64,000 nucleotides of DNA from an uncultured Bdellovibrionales bacterium (lineage in GTDB: Bacteria; Bdellovibrionota; Bdellovibrionia; Bdellovibrionales; SG-bin7). The position numbers and the translations under genes are program-made. Numbering within the stretch: position 1 is the first letter of the stretch; each line of letters opens with the position of its first letter. The stretch is from assembly GCA_964498095.1 (NCBI GenBank), contig CAZCFY010000007.1, positions 114,257 through 178,256 of the forward strand, written 5' to 3'. Shown piece by piece: positions 1 to 9,288 of the stretch. The notes beneath the pieces were generated by a model. The model was given only the letters and a program-made list of their open reading frames with translations, searched no databases and was not told the DNA's origin.

Positions 1-591
1 TTTAAAGCGCACGATACTAAATTCAGTTTCCACCATTCCTGGCTCAATATTTGTGACGCGAATATTTGTACCCTCTAAATCCATGCGTAAGCCTTCACTT
101 ATCGCCCGCACCGCAAATTTTGAAGCGCAATAAACGGTGCCCGCCTTATAACTCCAGCGGCCGGCGACGCTGCCAATATTTATTATATGACCGCGCTTCT
201 TTTTTAACATTGCGGGGACTACTAAGCGGGTCATATAGAGAAGGCCTTTAATGTTGGTATCTATCATCTGATCAAAATCTTCTAGGCTTCCGGTTTGAAC
301 GAGATCGCGACCCACCGCTAGTCCAGCATTATTAACAAGTACGGAAACTCGGGGGAGCTTCTTTTCGAGATCTTGAATCGCTCTTTTGACTTCGGACTTC
401 TTGGATACGTCAAAACAAACGGTAATAACCTCATTGGATTTCGCCTTAAGCTTTTTGGCGATTTTTTGCAGGCGATCATCGCGGCGGCCAGTTAATATAA
501 GGTTATACCCATGTTCAGCAAGTAAATGGGCCGTGGCCTCACCAATACCTGCGGTTGCTCCTGTAATAATTGCTAAGTTTCCATTAGCCAT
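1..591 (-). CDS. Short-chain dehydrogenase/reductase (YdfG-like); the C-terminus runs off the window edge
   Basis: My own minus-strand translation from the ATG at 591 gives MANGNLAIITGATAGIGEA (TGxxxGIG), NNAG and YCASK (YxxxK). The frame stays open to base 1. Confidence 0.8.
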   Translation of the reverse strand, partial: MANGNLAIITGATAGIGEATAHLLAEHGYNLILTGRRDDRLQKIAKKLKAKSNEVITVCFDVSKKSEVKRAIQDLEKKLPRVSVLVNNAGLAVGRDLVQTGSLEDFDQMIDTNIKGLLYMTRLVVPAMLKKKRGHIINIGSVAGRWSYKAGTVYCASKFAVRAISEGLRMDLEGTNIRVTNIEPGMVETEFSIVRFK

Positions 592-641
592 GCATCTAAA
601 TTCTTGCCTTAAATTTCTAAAAATGAAAAGAACTTATACAA

Positions 642-1562
642 ATGAATTGGCTAGAAGAAAGTTTTAAGCGGCGTAAGCCTTTATTAGCGAATACAAATGT
701 GTTTCGGGCAATTCACCGCGGTGAAGCTCCTGATTTGGACATAGCGGTGGACATTTACGGCAATTATTTTTGTGCGATGATTTACAGTGGCTCGATTTCC
801 GCGCAGGTTCTCGAAAGAGTCTCCGCCGAATACAGTTGCCGCGGCGGTGTTATCAAGTTTCCACAGAAAGATCCCCACAAACAGGGTTGGGTAAAAGATT
901 TAGAAATCGCTGGCGAGCGACCACCTTCGTGGTTTGAGGTTACGGAAAATAATTTACGCTTTAAAGTTACCTTAACCGAAAAACAACATACGGGACTATT
1001 TTTAGATCAAAGGGACAACCGTGCGTGGGTGCACGCGCTTAGCAAAGATGCTCTCGTCGCCAACTTATTTAGTTATACTTGCTCTTTTTCTGTCGCGGCG
1101 GCCCACGCGGGCGCAAAAAAAATTCATTCCGTGGATATTTCAAAAGCATTTCTGGATTGGGGCAAAGAAAATTTTGTCCTTAATAATTTAAAACCCGAAG
1201 GACATTATTTCTTTGCCGATGATGTTCGCGATTGGCTTGATAGGCGCCTTAAAAATATTGAGCAAGGCAAGGAACCAAAGTTTGATCTCATTATTTGTGA
1301 CCCGCCAAGCTTTGCTCAGGGATCAAAAAATCAGCCGCCATTTAAGGTGGAAAGAGAATGGCCAAACTTGTGCGCGGGAATTTCCAAGATCTTAAATCCT
1401 AACGGAAAAATTTTATTTTCAAATAATCTGCAAGAGCGGCCGGATAAGTTTTTTAAAGATCATATGGCGAAGTTTTTTTCTTTCGAGGAGGTCCCCACGC
1501 AGACCGACTTCGTGGGGACCTTTCACGCCCGCTACTTTAGGGCGTCTCCGCAGAAGCGCTGA
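642..1562 (+). CDS. Class I SAM-dependent methyltransferase, RlmI/RlmK-like (rRNA MTase family)
   Basis: 306-aa ORF with the motifs LFLDQRDNR and ICDPPSFA, typical of this MTase family. Confidence 0.6.
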   Translation: MNWLEESFKRRKPLLANTNVFRAIHRGEAPDLDIAVDIYGNYFCAMIYSGSISAQVLERVSAEYSCRGGVIKFPQKDPHKQGWVKDLEIAGERPPSWFEVTENNLRFKVTLTEKQHTGLFLDQRDNRAWVHALSKDALVANLFSYTCSFSVAAAHAGAKKIHSVDISKAFLDWGKENFVLNNLKPEGHYFFADDVRDWLDRRLKNIEQGKEPKFDLIICDPPSFAQGSKNQPPFKVEREWPNLCAGISKILNPNGKILFSNNLQERPDKFFKDHMAKFFSFEEVPTQTDFVGTFHARYFRASPQKR

Positions 1563-2070
1563 CGGGCGCTTCTTTGGCGACATGACTGGCGTAGAGATAG
1601 CTCTCTAAGCCAATTTTCTCGCTTTTACTGTCTAAGCTCGCCGAACGCTGACAGCGCGTGCGCGAAACTTCGTTTAGCACTTCGTTACAATCAGAATAAG
1701 TCGACGACCGGCAATTTGTCGCGCCTGATGACTGGCAACGACGAAGCGCCTCGTCCGCGGTCTGATAACGGTCATGTCCAATGGCTTGAATACTTACGCT
1801 CTCACCACTGGGACTAGTGCCCTTGGCCGTACAACTATAGGAAACCTCACTACACTTTTGATAGCAGCCCCCGTGTTTTGATAAACACTCGCCACAGCTA
1901 CCATGTCCTCCCCCATGTTCCTCCCAGCCATCATCGTGGGCGTTACAAACGAGGTTTGGACCAGGTCGTTTTGTCGGGTTACGCGAACCCATTGCAAACG
2001 AGGTTGTTGTCATGGTCACAAGTGCAATCATGATTAGTAGCAAATAAGTATAGATGATTTCCCTTTTCAT
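1537..2070 (-). CDS. Secreted cysteine-rich protein of unknown function
   Basis: The internal start MKREIIYTYLLLIMIALVTMTTTSFA looks like a signal peptide. The mature part has about 16 Cys. The 3' end overlaps the convergent MTase gene by 26 nt. Confidence 0.45.
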   Translation of the reverse strand: MKREIIYTYLLLIMIALVTMTTTSFAMGSRNPTKRPGPNLVCNAHDDGWEEHGGGHGSCGECLSKHGGCYQKCSEVSYSCTAKGTSPSGESVSIQAIGHDRYQTADEALRRCQSSGATNCRSSTYSDCNEVLNEVSRTRCQRSASLDSKSEKIGLESYLYASHVAKEAPVSASAETP

Positions 2071-2106
2071 AAGCCCTCCGGAAGGACCTATGAGCAAGGG
2101 ACGTGC

Positions 2107-2865
2107 CTATTTTTTGGAGCCAGAATGGGACTGCCGTTTAAATACTTGGAAATACACCATCGTTGCGAACAAGAGACCCGAAGAAATGAGCGGAACAATA
2201 AATCCCGCGTAGCCCATTTTCAAAAAAGTGAGACTGCCGATGGTGGAACCGACACCAAAAAAAATGATGATTCCAATTCGCATCAAGTTTGCTTTGACTT
2301 CGTCGTCCCTTAAACTTGGTAATTTTTCGCCGTGTAAAACTCTCACGATACCAAGACCGAGATCCGTTGTAATTCCAGTCAAATGAGTCGTACGAACGAC
2401 CGACCTAGAAACTGTGGTTATTGTGCCATTTTGAATTCCGCAGACCATACACAGAAGTGCTAACAGAAAATAGTCATTTTTTATTGTCAGCGGCTCCGCG
2501 AAATCGCCAAAGACGCCTAGTATTCCCGCCAGATATACCACCACTGTGAGGCTGAAAATCAGTCCGAACGTCAAAAAATATTTAGGCTTCTTATGAAGTT
2601 TTATGCGTACATCTACGAGTTCGCCAGCGATAACCGAACCTAAAAGAAAGAACCCGGGAACTACAAGCATTCCCAATGCTCCATTGAAATTGCCGTGGCT
2701 TGCCTCAATACCAAAAAATGTTGCAAACCCCGTGACGTGCGAGACAAAGCGGTGGCAAGCCATAAATCCACCCGTGTTTAAAAACCCCGCCTGAAATGCC
2801 ATGGTCAGCCAGACAAAGTAATTAGACCGAGTGTAGTGAGAAATCGTTTCGTTTCCGTAAAGCAT
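2107..2865 (-). CDS. YoaK/DUF1275-family integral membrane protein
   Basis: 252-aa polytopic ORF. The segment NTGGFMACHRFVSHVTGFATFFG resembles the DUF1275 signature. Confidence 0.55.
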   Translation of the reverse strand: MLYGNETISHYTRSNYFVWLTMAFQAGFLNTGGFMACHRFVSHVTGFATFFGIEASHGNFNGALGMLVVPGFFLLGSVIAGELVDVRIKLHKKPKYFLTFGLIFSLTVVVYLAGILGVFGDFAEPLTIKNDYFLLALLCMVCGIQNGTITTVSRSVVRTTHLTGITTDLGLGIVRVLHGEKLPSLRDDEVKANLMRIGIIIFFGVGSTIGSLTFLKMGYAGFIVPLISSGLLFATMVYFQVFKRQSHSGSKK

Positions 2866-2908
2866 AGTTGTTGTTAATGTAGAGTAAATTATTATAAACT
2901 CTAAATCA

Positions 2909-4060
2909 ATGACGCTATCGAAAAATAAGATTGAGAGACTTTATAAAAAAGCCAAGGGGCCTTATTACCTCTATGACCTTAATGGAATAGCAAAGCGCTG
3001 CAAACAATTTCAGTCGGCCATTAAATTAGGTCGCCTGAGCATTCACTACGCGATGAAGGCCAATGCAAATAAAAAAGTTTTACAGACAATTAGAAAAGCA
3101 GGTTTTGGAATTGATGCGGTATCCGGCGGTGAACTGAAGAGGGCACTAAGCATTGGCTTTAAACCTAAGCAAATCATTTTTTCCGGCGTTGGGAAAACTC
3201 AAACAGAGCTTGAGCTGGCAATTCGCCGGTCAATCAAACAAATCAACATAGAAAGTGTGGAAGAGTTAAAGAGAATTGCGGTATTGACAAAAAGAATCGG
3301 CAAGCGCATCGACATTGGCGTTCGGGTAAATCCCAACATATCAGCTAAGACACATCCTTATATCACAACCGGATTTCACAAAAATAAGTTTGGCGTTGAC
3401 CTCAGTTCCATGAAGGATATCGAAAAAGTACTTAATGAAAATGGCGATCATTTAAGATTCGTCAGCCTATCCATGCATGTTGGTTCTCAGATTCATGATC
3501 TAAAAGTTTTTTCGGATGCGATAAAGAAAGGACTGTTTCTAATCAAAAGCCTAAAAAAACGCGGTTGGCCGATCTCGCGTTTTGATATTGGGGGCGGACT
3601 TGGAATTGATTACCATAAAAATGCAAGTGATGATCGGCGTACTATTGCTCGGTATGGAAAGCTTATCACGCGGCTTCTTATAAATTCAGATTTAGATATT
3701 ATGCTTGAACCGGGACGCGTCCTTGTCGCCCGATTCGGAGCCCTAGTTTCGGAAGTACAGTATATCAAACGAAATCGTTCGCGTACTTTTGCGATATTAG
3801 ATACAGGCTCTCACCATTTAATTCGCCCAGCCCTTTATGGTGCCTATCACCGGATTATTCCGCTGACAAAACGAACCCAGTTCTTTACTTACCAAATTGT
3901 TGGACCACTTTGTGAGTCTTCCGACTTTTTAGCAAATGACCGAAAAATCTCGGAACTTCGGCAGGGGGATTTAGTTGTTATCGCTGACGCCGGAGCCTAT
4001 GGGTATTCAATGGCGTCGACGTATAATCTTCACAAGTTGCCAGAAGAGTATAATTTATAA
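2909..4060 (+). CDS. lysA: PLP-dependent group IV decarboxylase, diaminopimelate-decarboxylase-like
   Basis: HYAMKAN (PLP lysine), GIDAVSGGEL, and the C-terminal GAYGYSMASTYN motif. Confidence 0.65.
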   Translation: MTLSKNKIERLYKKAKGPYYLYDLNGIAKRCKQFQSAIKLGRLSIHYAMKANANKKVLQTIRKAGFGIDAVSGGELKRALSIGFKPKQIIFSGVGKTQTELELAIRRSIKQINIESVEELKRIAVLTKRIGKRIDIGVRVNPNISAKTHPYITTGFHKNKFGVDLSSMKDIEKVLNENGDHLRFVSLSMHVGSQIHDLKVFSDAIKKGLFLIKSLKKRGWPISRFDIGGGLGIDYHKNASDDRRTIARYGKLITRLLINSDLDIMLEPGRVLVARFGALVSEVQYIKRNRSRTFAILDTGSHHLIRPALYGAYHRIIPLTKRTQFFTYQIVGPLCESSDFLANDRKISELRQGDLVVIADAGAYGYSMASTYNLHKLPEEYNL

Positions 4061-4083
4061 GTACTTGACGCAGCATGGACTTG

Positions 4084-4108
4084 AAAAGGTGTCAGGCACC
4101 TTTTTATT
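4084..4108. terminator. Bidirectional rho-independent terminator between convergent genes
   Basis: AAAAGGTG-tcagg-CACCTTTT forms an 8-bp stem flanked by an A-run and a T-run. Confidence 0.5.
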
Positions 4109-5072
4109 GCTCCAAAATATAGGCGAACATTAGGGGTGCGACGATCGAGGCGTCTGACTCTACGATAAATTTCGGTGTCTCGATAGAAAGTTTTCCCCAA
4201 GTAATTTTCTCGTTGGGAACGGCACCAGAGTACGACCCGTAACTTGTGGTGGAGTCACTGATCTGACAGAAATAAGACCATTTCGGAACTTCCTTTTCCA
4301 AATCCTGTTCGAGCATAGGAACAACACAAATGGGGAAGTCACCGGCAATACCGCCACCAATTTGGAAGAAACCAATTCCTTGTTTTGGACAAGCCTTTTG
4401 GTACCAATCTGCCAGTTCAATCATGTAATCAATGCCGGTTTTAACTACGGTGCGATCAACTTTGCCTTCAATGATTCGGCCAGCGAAAATATTTCCTGTT
4501 GTTGAATCTTCCCAACCGGGTACAAACATTGGCAGATTTTTTTGTGCGGCCGCCACCAACCAAGAATCCTTGGGATTAATTTGATAGTCCTTTGCTAAAG
4601 TCTCTTCGCGGATAAGTTTGTAGAGATACTCGTGCGGAAAATTAGCTTTCTTAGCTTTCGTGTTGTCTTGCCAAAGTTTCAAAACGTGATGCTCAATTTT
4701 ACGAATCGCTTCAGCTTCGGGAATACACGTATCAGTCACGCGGTTCAGATGTTTATCTAAAAGTTTCTGCTCATCCTCGGGAGTGAGATCACGGTAATTA
4801 GGAACACGTACATAATGGTCGTGCGCAACAAGATTGTAAATGTCTTCCTCAAGGTTCGCGCCGGTACAAGTGATCGCGTGAACTTTATCCTTACGGATCA
4901 TTTCGGCCAGTGACAATCCCAATTCTCCCGAACTCATGGCGCCGGCCAAAGTCACCATCATTTTACCGCCTTTATCGAGGTGAGTTTTATAACCCTGGGC
5001 AGCGTCCTTTAAAGCGGCGGCGTTGAAGTGACGGTAGTGGTGGTCAATAAATTGAGAAATGGGGCCCTTCAT
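4104..5072 (-). CDS. Deoxyhypusine synthase family protein (homospermidine-synthase-like)
   Basis: 322-aa ORF. The overall pattern (TLAGAMSSGELG, TCTGANLEEDI, GGGIAGDF) is typical of DHS-like proteins. Confidence 0.7.
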   Translation of the reverse strand: MKGPISQFIDHHYRHFNAAALKDAAQGYKTHLDKGGKMMVTLAGAMSSGELGLSLAEMIRKDKVHAITCTGANLEEDIYNLVAHDHYVRVPNYRDLTPEDEQKLLDKHLNRVTDTCIPEAEAIRKIEHHVLKLWQDNTKAKKANFPHEYLYKLIREETLAKDYQINPKDSWLVAAAQKNLPMFVPGWEDSTTGNIFAGRIIEGKVDRTVVKTGIDYMIELADWYQKACPKQGIGFFQIGGGIAGDFPICVVPMLEQDLEKEVPKWSYFCQISDSTTSYGSYSGAVPNEKITWGKLSIETPKFIVESDASIVAPLMFAYILEQ

Positions 5073-5136
5073 AACTAAAACTCCTCGTAAAAGTTAACGG
5101 AGTTATAGCAACAAGCTAATCCCAGTGTCAAACGGG

Positions 5137-5688
5137 CTAATCGAGTTCTTGATCGGGATCGTGATGGTAACGAACATATTCTTCGGTAAAAGCGAGCTTA
5201 TTTCTATCAGTGACCTTATCGACGAAAAGAATTCCATCCAAATGATCAAATTCATGCTGAAAAACAGTCGCCAGAAAGCCATCCCCGTCCATCTTTACTT
5301 CTTTCCCGTGGCGATCTAAGAATTCTATCTTAATTTTTTGCGGTCTTTCTACCCAACCGCGTATACCCGGAACAGATAAGCAGCCTTCCCAAAATCCTTT
5401 GGTCTTTTTATCGATGATAGTAACTTTGGGATTTATACAGACAAGCAACTCCTGCTTTCCCGCGTTTTCATAGCGTTCGCTATTTAAATTAAATTCGATG
5501 ACCGAAATTCTCAATGACTCATGCACTTGCGGAGCCGCAAGACCGACACCGTCATACTCGTGCATGGTTTCGATCATATCATCAATCAGGCGCTGGATCG
5601 CGTCTGAAGCAATATCAGATTTTTTTACTTCTTTGGCCTTCTTGCGCAAAACCGGATGACCCATGCGCGCGACCTTTAAAATTGCCAT
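5137..5688 (-). CDS. def: Peptide deformylase
   Basis: EGCLSVPG and HEFDHLDG motifs. The start was moved to MAILKV; its ATG overlaps the upstream stop as TAATG. Confidence 0.9.
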   Translation of the reverse strand: MAILKVARMGHPVLRKKAKEVKKSDIASDAIQRLIDDMIETMHEYDGVGLAAPQVHESLRISVIEFNLNSERYENAGKQELLVCINPKVTIIDKKTKGFWEGCLSVPGIRGWVERPQKIKIEFLDRHGKEVKMDGDGFLATVFQHEFDHLDGILFVDKVTDRNKLAFTEEYVRYHHDPDQELD

Positions 5689-7259
5689 TAGAACATCTCC
5701 GCTCGCGAATTTTCCCAAGCATGGTGGTAACTGCCGGGAACTTTGCCGTCAAGCAATGACCCCGGAGCTAAGTAATCGTAGGCCTCACCATAGTGGCGAA
5801 CCGTAGAAAAGCTTTCGCGACGGTGAATATGCCAGGGGCGTAATTCACTAGGGTGGGAGAGCCCAGAGGCGGCCAATACTTCTAAGAAGCTTTCTATCGT
5901 ACTGCGATGGTAATTAAATACTCGGGTGGCCTTGTGAGTTGGGTCAAGGCCTCCCATTAAACCCTTGTCTTGCGTCGCCACTCCTGCGGGACAGTGATTG
6001 GAATTGCAGCGCAAAGCTTGAATACAGCCCAAGGCGAACATCATTCCACGCGCTGAATTGCAGAGGTCTGCTCCTAACGCGATCTTGGATAAAATATTAA
6101 ATCCAGTTATGACTTTTCCGCTGACAATGATTTTTAGTTTGTCGCGGATACCCGTGCCAACCAAAGCATTATGAACAAAAATAAGACCGTCATTAAGGGG
6201 CGTTCCCACGGAATTCGAAAACTCTAATGGTGCGGCACCCGTACCACCCTCGCCGCCATCGACGGTAATAAAATCGGGATATATTTTTGTTTTAATCATG
6301 GCTTTAATAACAGAAAACAATTCGCGGCGTTTGCCGACACAAAATTTAAAGCCGACGGGTTTCCCACCCGAGAGGTCGCGCAGTTCCTGTAAAAACTCTA
6401 CCATTTCCACTGGCGTGTTAAAGGCCGTGTGAAAGGGCGGCGAAAAAACCGTTTTGCCCACTTCTACACCGCGAATTTCAGCGATTTCTTTTGATACTTT
6501 TGCCGCCGGCAAAATTCCGCCGTGACCGGGCTTGGCCCCTTGGGACATTTTTAATTCGATCATTTTAACGCTCTCAAGAGTCGCGCGCTCTTTAAACATT
6601 TCGGGATTAAATCTTCCGTCTTTTGTGCGGCAACTAAAGTAGCCTGTTCCCACTTGCCAAACGATGTCGCCCCCTTGCAAGTGAAACGGCGACAGGCCGC
6701 CTTCGCCAGTATTGTGATAGAATTTTCCCATTTTAGCGCCACCGTTTAACGCCATCACAGCATTTTTAGACAAGGCCCCGTAACTCATCGCTGAAATATT
6801 AAATAACGATGCTGAGTAAGGCTTTGAACATTGCGAATTGCCAATTGTCACCCGCGGCTCTTCGTGGAGCATGGGTTTTGGAACCATCGAATGATTAATC
6901 CATTCGTAACCGGGACTGTACATATCCAACTGTGAACCAAAAGGCAGAGTATCAAGATCCTTTTTGGCGCGCTGATAAATCACCGAGCGCTGCGCGCGGC
7001 TAAACGGCTTGCCCTCTTCATAGCTTTCAATAAAATACTGCTGAATTTCGGGACGAATCATTTCGAGTAAATAACGAAAATGACCAACGACAGGAAAGTT
7101 CCGTAAAATCGAATGTCGCGTTTGAAAACAATCCGAAACTCCCACCATAAAAACGGGAATGAGTAAGACAAAACTGTAATAAATGGGCGGCCAAATCAGC
7201 CCCGCGATCCCAACAGTGGCCAAAATCGCAACGGACGTTAACCAAAAGAATTTTCTCAT
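5688..7259 (-). CDS. FMN-binding glutamate synthase family protein (GltB FMN-domain-like) with N-terminal TM helices
   Basis: 523-aa ORF with a hydrophobic N-terminus. It has a central GEGG...GAKPGHGG and a DGGEGGTGAAP pattern. Confidence 0.7.
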   Translation of the reverse strand: MRKFFWLTSVAILATVGIAGLIWPPIYYSFVLLIPVFMVGVSDCFQTRHSILRNFPVVGHFRYLLEMIRPEIQQYFIESYEEGKPFSRAQRSVIYQRAKKDLDTLPFGSQLDMYSPGYEWINHSMVPKPMLHEEPRVTIGNSQCSKPYSASLFNISAMSYGALSKNAVMALNGGAKMGKFYHNTGEGGLSPFHLQGGDIVWQVGTGYFSCRTKDGRFNPEMFKERATLESVKMIELKMSQGAKPGHGGILPAAKVSKEIAEIRGVEVGKTVFSPPFHTAFNTPVEMVEFLQELRDLSGGKPVGFKFCVGKRRELFSVIKAMIKTKIYPDFITVDGGEGGTGAAPLEFSNSVGTPLNDGLIFVHNALVGTGIRDKLKIIVSGKVITGFNILSKIALGADLCNSARGMMFALGCIQALRCNSNHCPAGVATQDKGLMGGLDPTHKATRVFNYHRSTIESFLEVLAASGLSHPSELRPWHIHRRESFSTVRHYGEAYDYLAPGSLLDGKVPGSYHHAWENSRAEMF

Positions 7260-7296
7260 ATCAATAGGTTAAATGAGGAAATTCTTGTCGAGTAGT

Positions 7297-7887
7297 CTAG
7301 GATTTAAAACCCGAAGCGATGAAAAATATTTCCTTACTTTCCTGACGGGTACCCTTGGGTTTTAAGGCGTCAACCGACGAAAAACTAGCCCTTAACATTT
7401 TTCGATAATTCTCAAATTCGCCGCTGTGAAAGAATTTAACGACAAAGGTGCCACCGGGCTTTAATACCTTCTGGGCCGCAAAGAGTGCCATTTCACATAA
7501 AGCCATTGAGCGCGCTTGGTCCGCGGATTTTATTCCCGTGGTCTTTGGTGCCATATCCGAAATAACAACATCGACTTTTGGACCCATGCCATGCTCTTGC
7601 AATAATTTCTCAATATCCGTTTCCTCGATGTCGCCTACGACAAATACAGCGTTAGGAAGCGAAAGCGTAATCGGTGTAAGGTCGATTCCCAAAAGTTTTC
7701 CACTGCCAATTTTTTTGTGAACGTATTGCGACCAAGACCCAGGAGACGCCCCTAAATCTATAACGGTCTGTCCACCTCTAAAAATACGGTGACGGCGGTC
7801 AATTTCTTCGAGTTTATATACCGACCGGGCGACGAAGTTTTCCTGTTTCGCTTTTTTAAAGTAATAATCCTTGGGATTATATGCCAA
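7297..7887 (-). CDS. rlmE: 23S rRNA 2'-O-ribose methyltransferase RlmE/FtsJ
   Basis: ARSVYKLEEID, VIDLGASPGSW and VVISDMAP motifs. Confidence 0.85.
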   Translation of the reverse strand: MAYNPKDYYFKKAKQENFVARSVYKLEEIDRRHRIFRGGQTVIDLGASPGSWSQYVHKKIGSGKLLGIDLTPITLSLPNAVFVVGDIEETDIEKLLQEHGMGPKVDVVISDMAPKTTGIKSADQARSMALCEMALFAAQKVLKPGGTFVVKFFHSGEFENYRKMLRASFSSVDALKPKGTRQESKEIFFIASGFKS

Positions 7888-8715
7888 TTAGAGTTCCTTA
7901 TTAATTTTCTCTCTTAGGCTTACGGCACTTTTTTGAATCGCCGTCTTGTACATGGCTTCGATTTCGTCGTTAAAAACTAATTGTTTGCCAAGATCCGTAC
8001 TACTGTTATCGGAAAAATGCCGTTCGCCCGAGCCGTTTGTTACGTCGGGAGTAGATACAACGACGGCCCCTGACTTAGCAACAATTTTTAGAGAAGATGC
8101 CACGGATGCATAGCAACCCTGGGAGCCTTTTTCGCGGCCTACGGAGTGATCAGGCGCGTAAGCCAGATCCATATCGACAAAAACCACGGCATCTAAGCCA
8201 AGTGCTTCGGTGATTTTTTGTATTTCCTTCATACTAATTCCTCGTTTGATTGCAGAGCTCTGATCGCCGATAGGAACCATCCCTGCGGGAGCGTACCAAC
8301 GACTTAAAAGATCGGAGGCGATACTTCGCCCCGAGGAATAATGTAGTAGGCGCGAAAATTCTTTGTACGCGGGAGAACCAACCACCTTAATCGCCGGCAC
8401 CACCTGCCAACCTTTGATTTTACTGAGTTCTTCCTCAAAAGTATTTAAGCCGTAATCGACCAAGCGAAATCCGCCGGTTTCGGGAATATGAGGTAGGTTT
8501 TGGGACTCAGCTACTTTGCCCGAGATAACGGGCAAAGAGAAAAAGCTAAAACCCTTATCTACTTCTCCCGTGTTATAAATTCCTTGATTGGATTGAATTC
8601 CAATAATCGCTAATTTCTTTACGTTAAACACGTCAGGCTTTTTTACAATGCCGGAACAAGCAGCCGTTAGAAGAAATAAACTAAAAATCAAATTGCGCAT
8701 AAACTTAATTATCAC
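7888..8715 (-). CDS. Lipoprotein of unknown function
   Basis: Signal peptide with a lipobox (LLTAAC). The gene directly abuts rlmE on the same strand. Confidence 0.4.
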   Translation of the reverse strand: MIIKFMRNLIFSLFLLTAACSGIVKKPDVFNVKKLAIIGIQSNQGIYNTGEVDKGFSFFSLPVISGKVAESQNLPHIPETGGFRLVDYGLNTFEEELSKIKGWQVVPAIKVVGSPAYKEFSRLLHYSSGRSIASDLLSRWYAPAGMVPIGDQSSAIKRGISMKEIQKITEALGLDAVVFVDMDLAYAPDHSVGREKGSQGCYASVASSLKIVAKSGAVVVSTPDVTNGSGERHFSDNSSTDLGKQLVFNDEIEAMYKTAIQKSAVSLREKINKEL

Positions 8716-8829
8716 TTGAACAAAAACTTCTTTGAATCCTGGACAGGCGAGAACCCGACCAAGATCTGGTAAATTCTGGTTGTCTGTACAACCACACTAA
8801 ATCCTAGATAATAGGATAGAGGAGAAATT

Positions 8830-9288
8830 ATGGCGGAACAAAACCGGCGAAGTTGGAAAAATATCCTTGTAGATTCACGCTTTCAGCTGACCTACGTTTT
8901 ATACTTCATATCATTTGGATTGATTAGCGCGACTCTAGTCGTGGCTATCATTTCGCACTTTCAGAAAAAGTTTTTCGAACTCGTTATTAATTCCAGCGAA
9001 AAAGATATCTCACCATCGCTATTCTTAGGTTTTAGTTCGATCATGCATGAAATGGCAATTTCGCTCGCAATCTTTGTGGTTCTCTACTCTATTTTTGGCG
9101 TAATTTTAGCTATGTTCCTAAGTCATAAAATCGTGGGGCCCGCCACAGCCATTCGTAAATTTCTCGGAGACCTAAAAGCCGGAAATTATGGCGGTCAACT
9201 TAATCTACGTAAAGGTGATGAGCTAAAGGATCTGGAAAAAGATCTAAATGAGCTTAGTTTACTGCTTAAAGAAAAATTAAAGGGATAA
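8830..9288 (+). CDS. Small membrane protein with a HAMP-like linker
   Basis: Two TM segments followed by GPATAIRKFLGDLKAGNYGGQL...DELKDLEKDLNEL. Confidence 0.4.
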   Translation: MAEQNRRSWKNILVDSRFQLTYVLYFISFGLISATLVVAIISHFQKKFFELVINSSEKDISPSLFLGFSSIMHEMAISLAIFVVLYSIFGVILAMFLSHKIVGPATAIRKFLGDLKAGNYGGQLNLRKGDELKDLEKDLNELSLLLKEKLKG

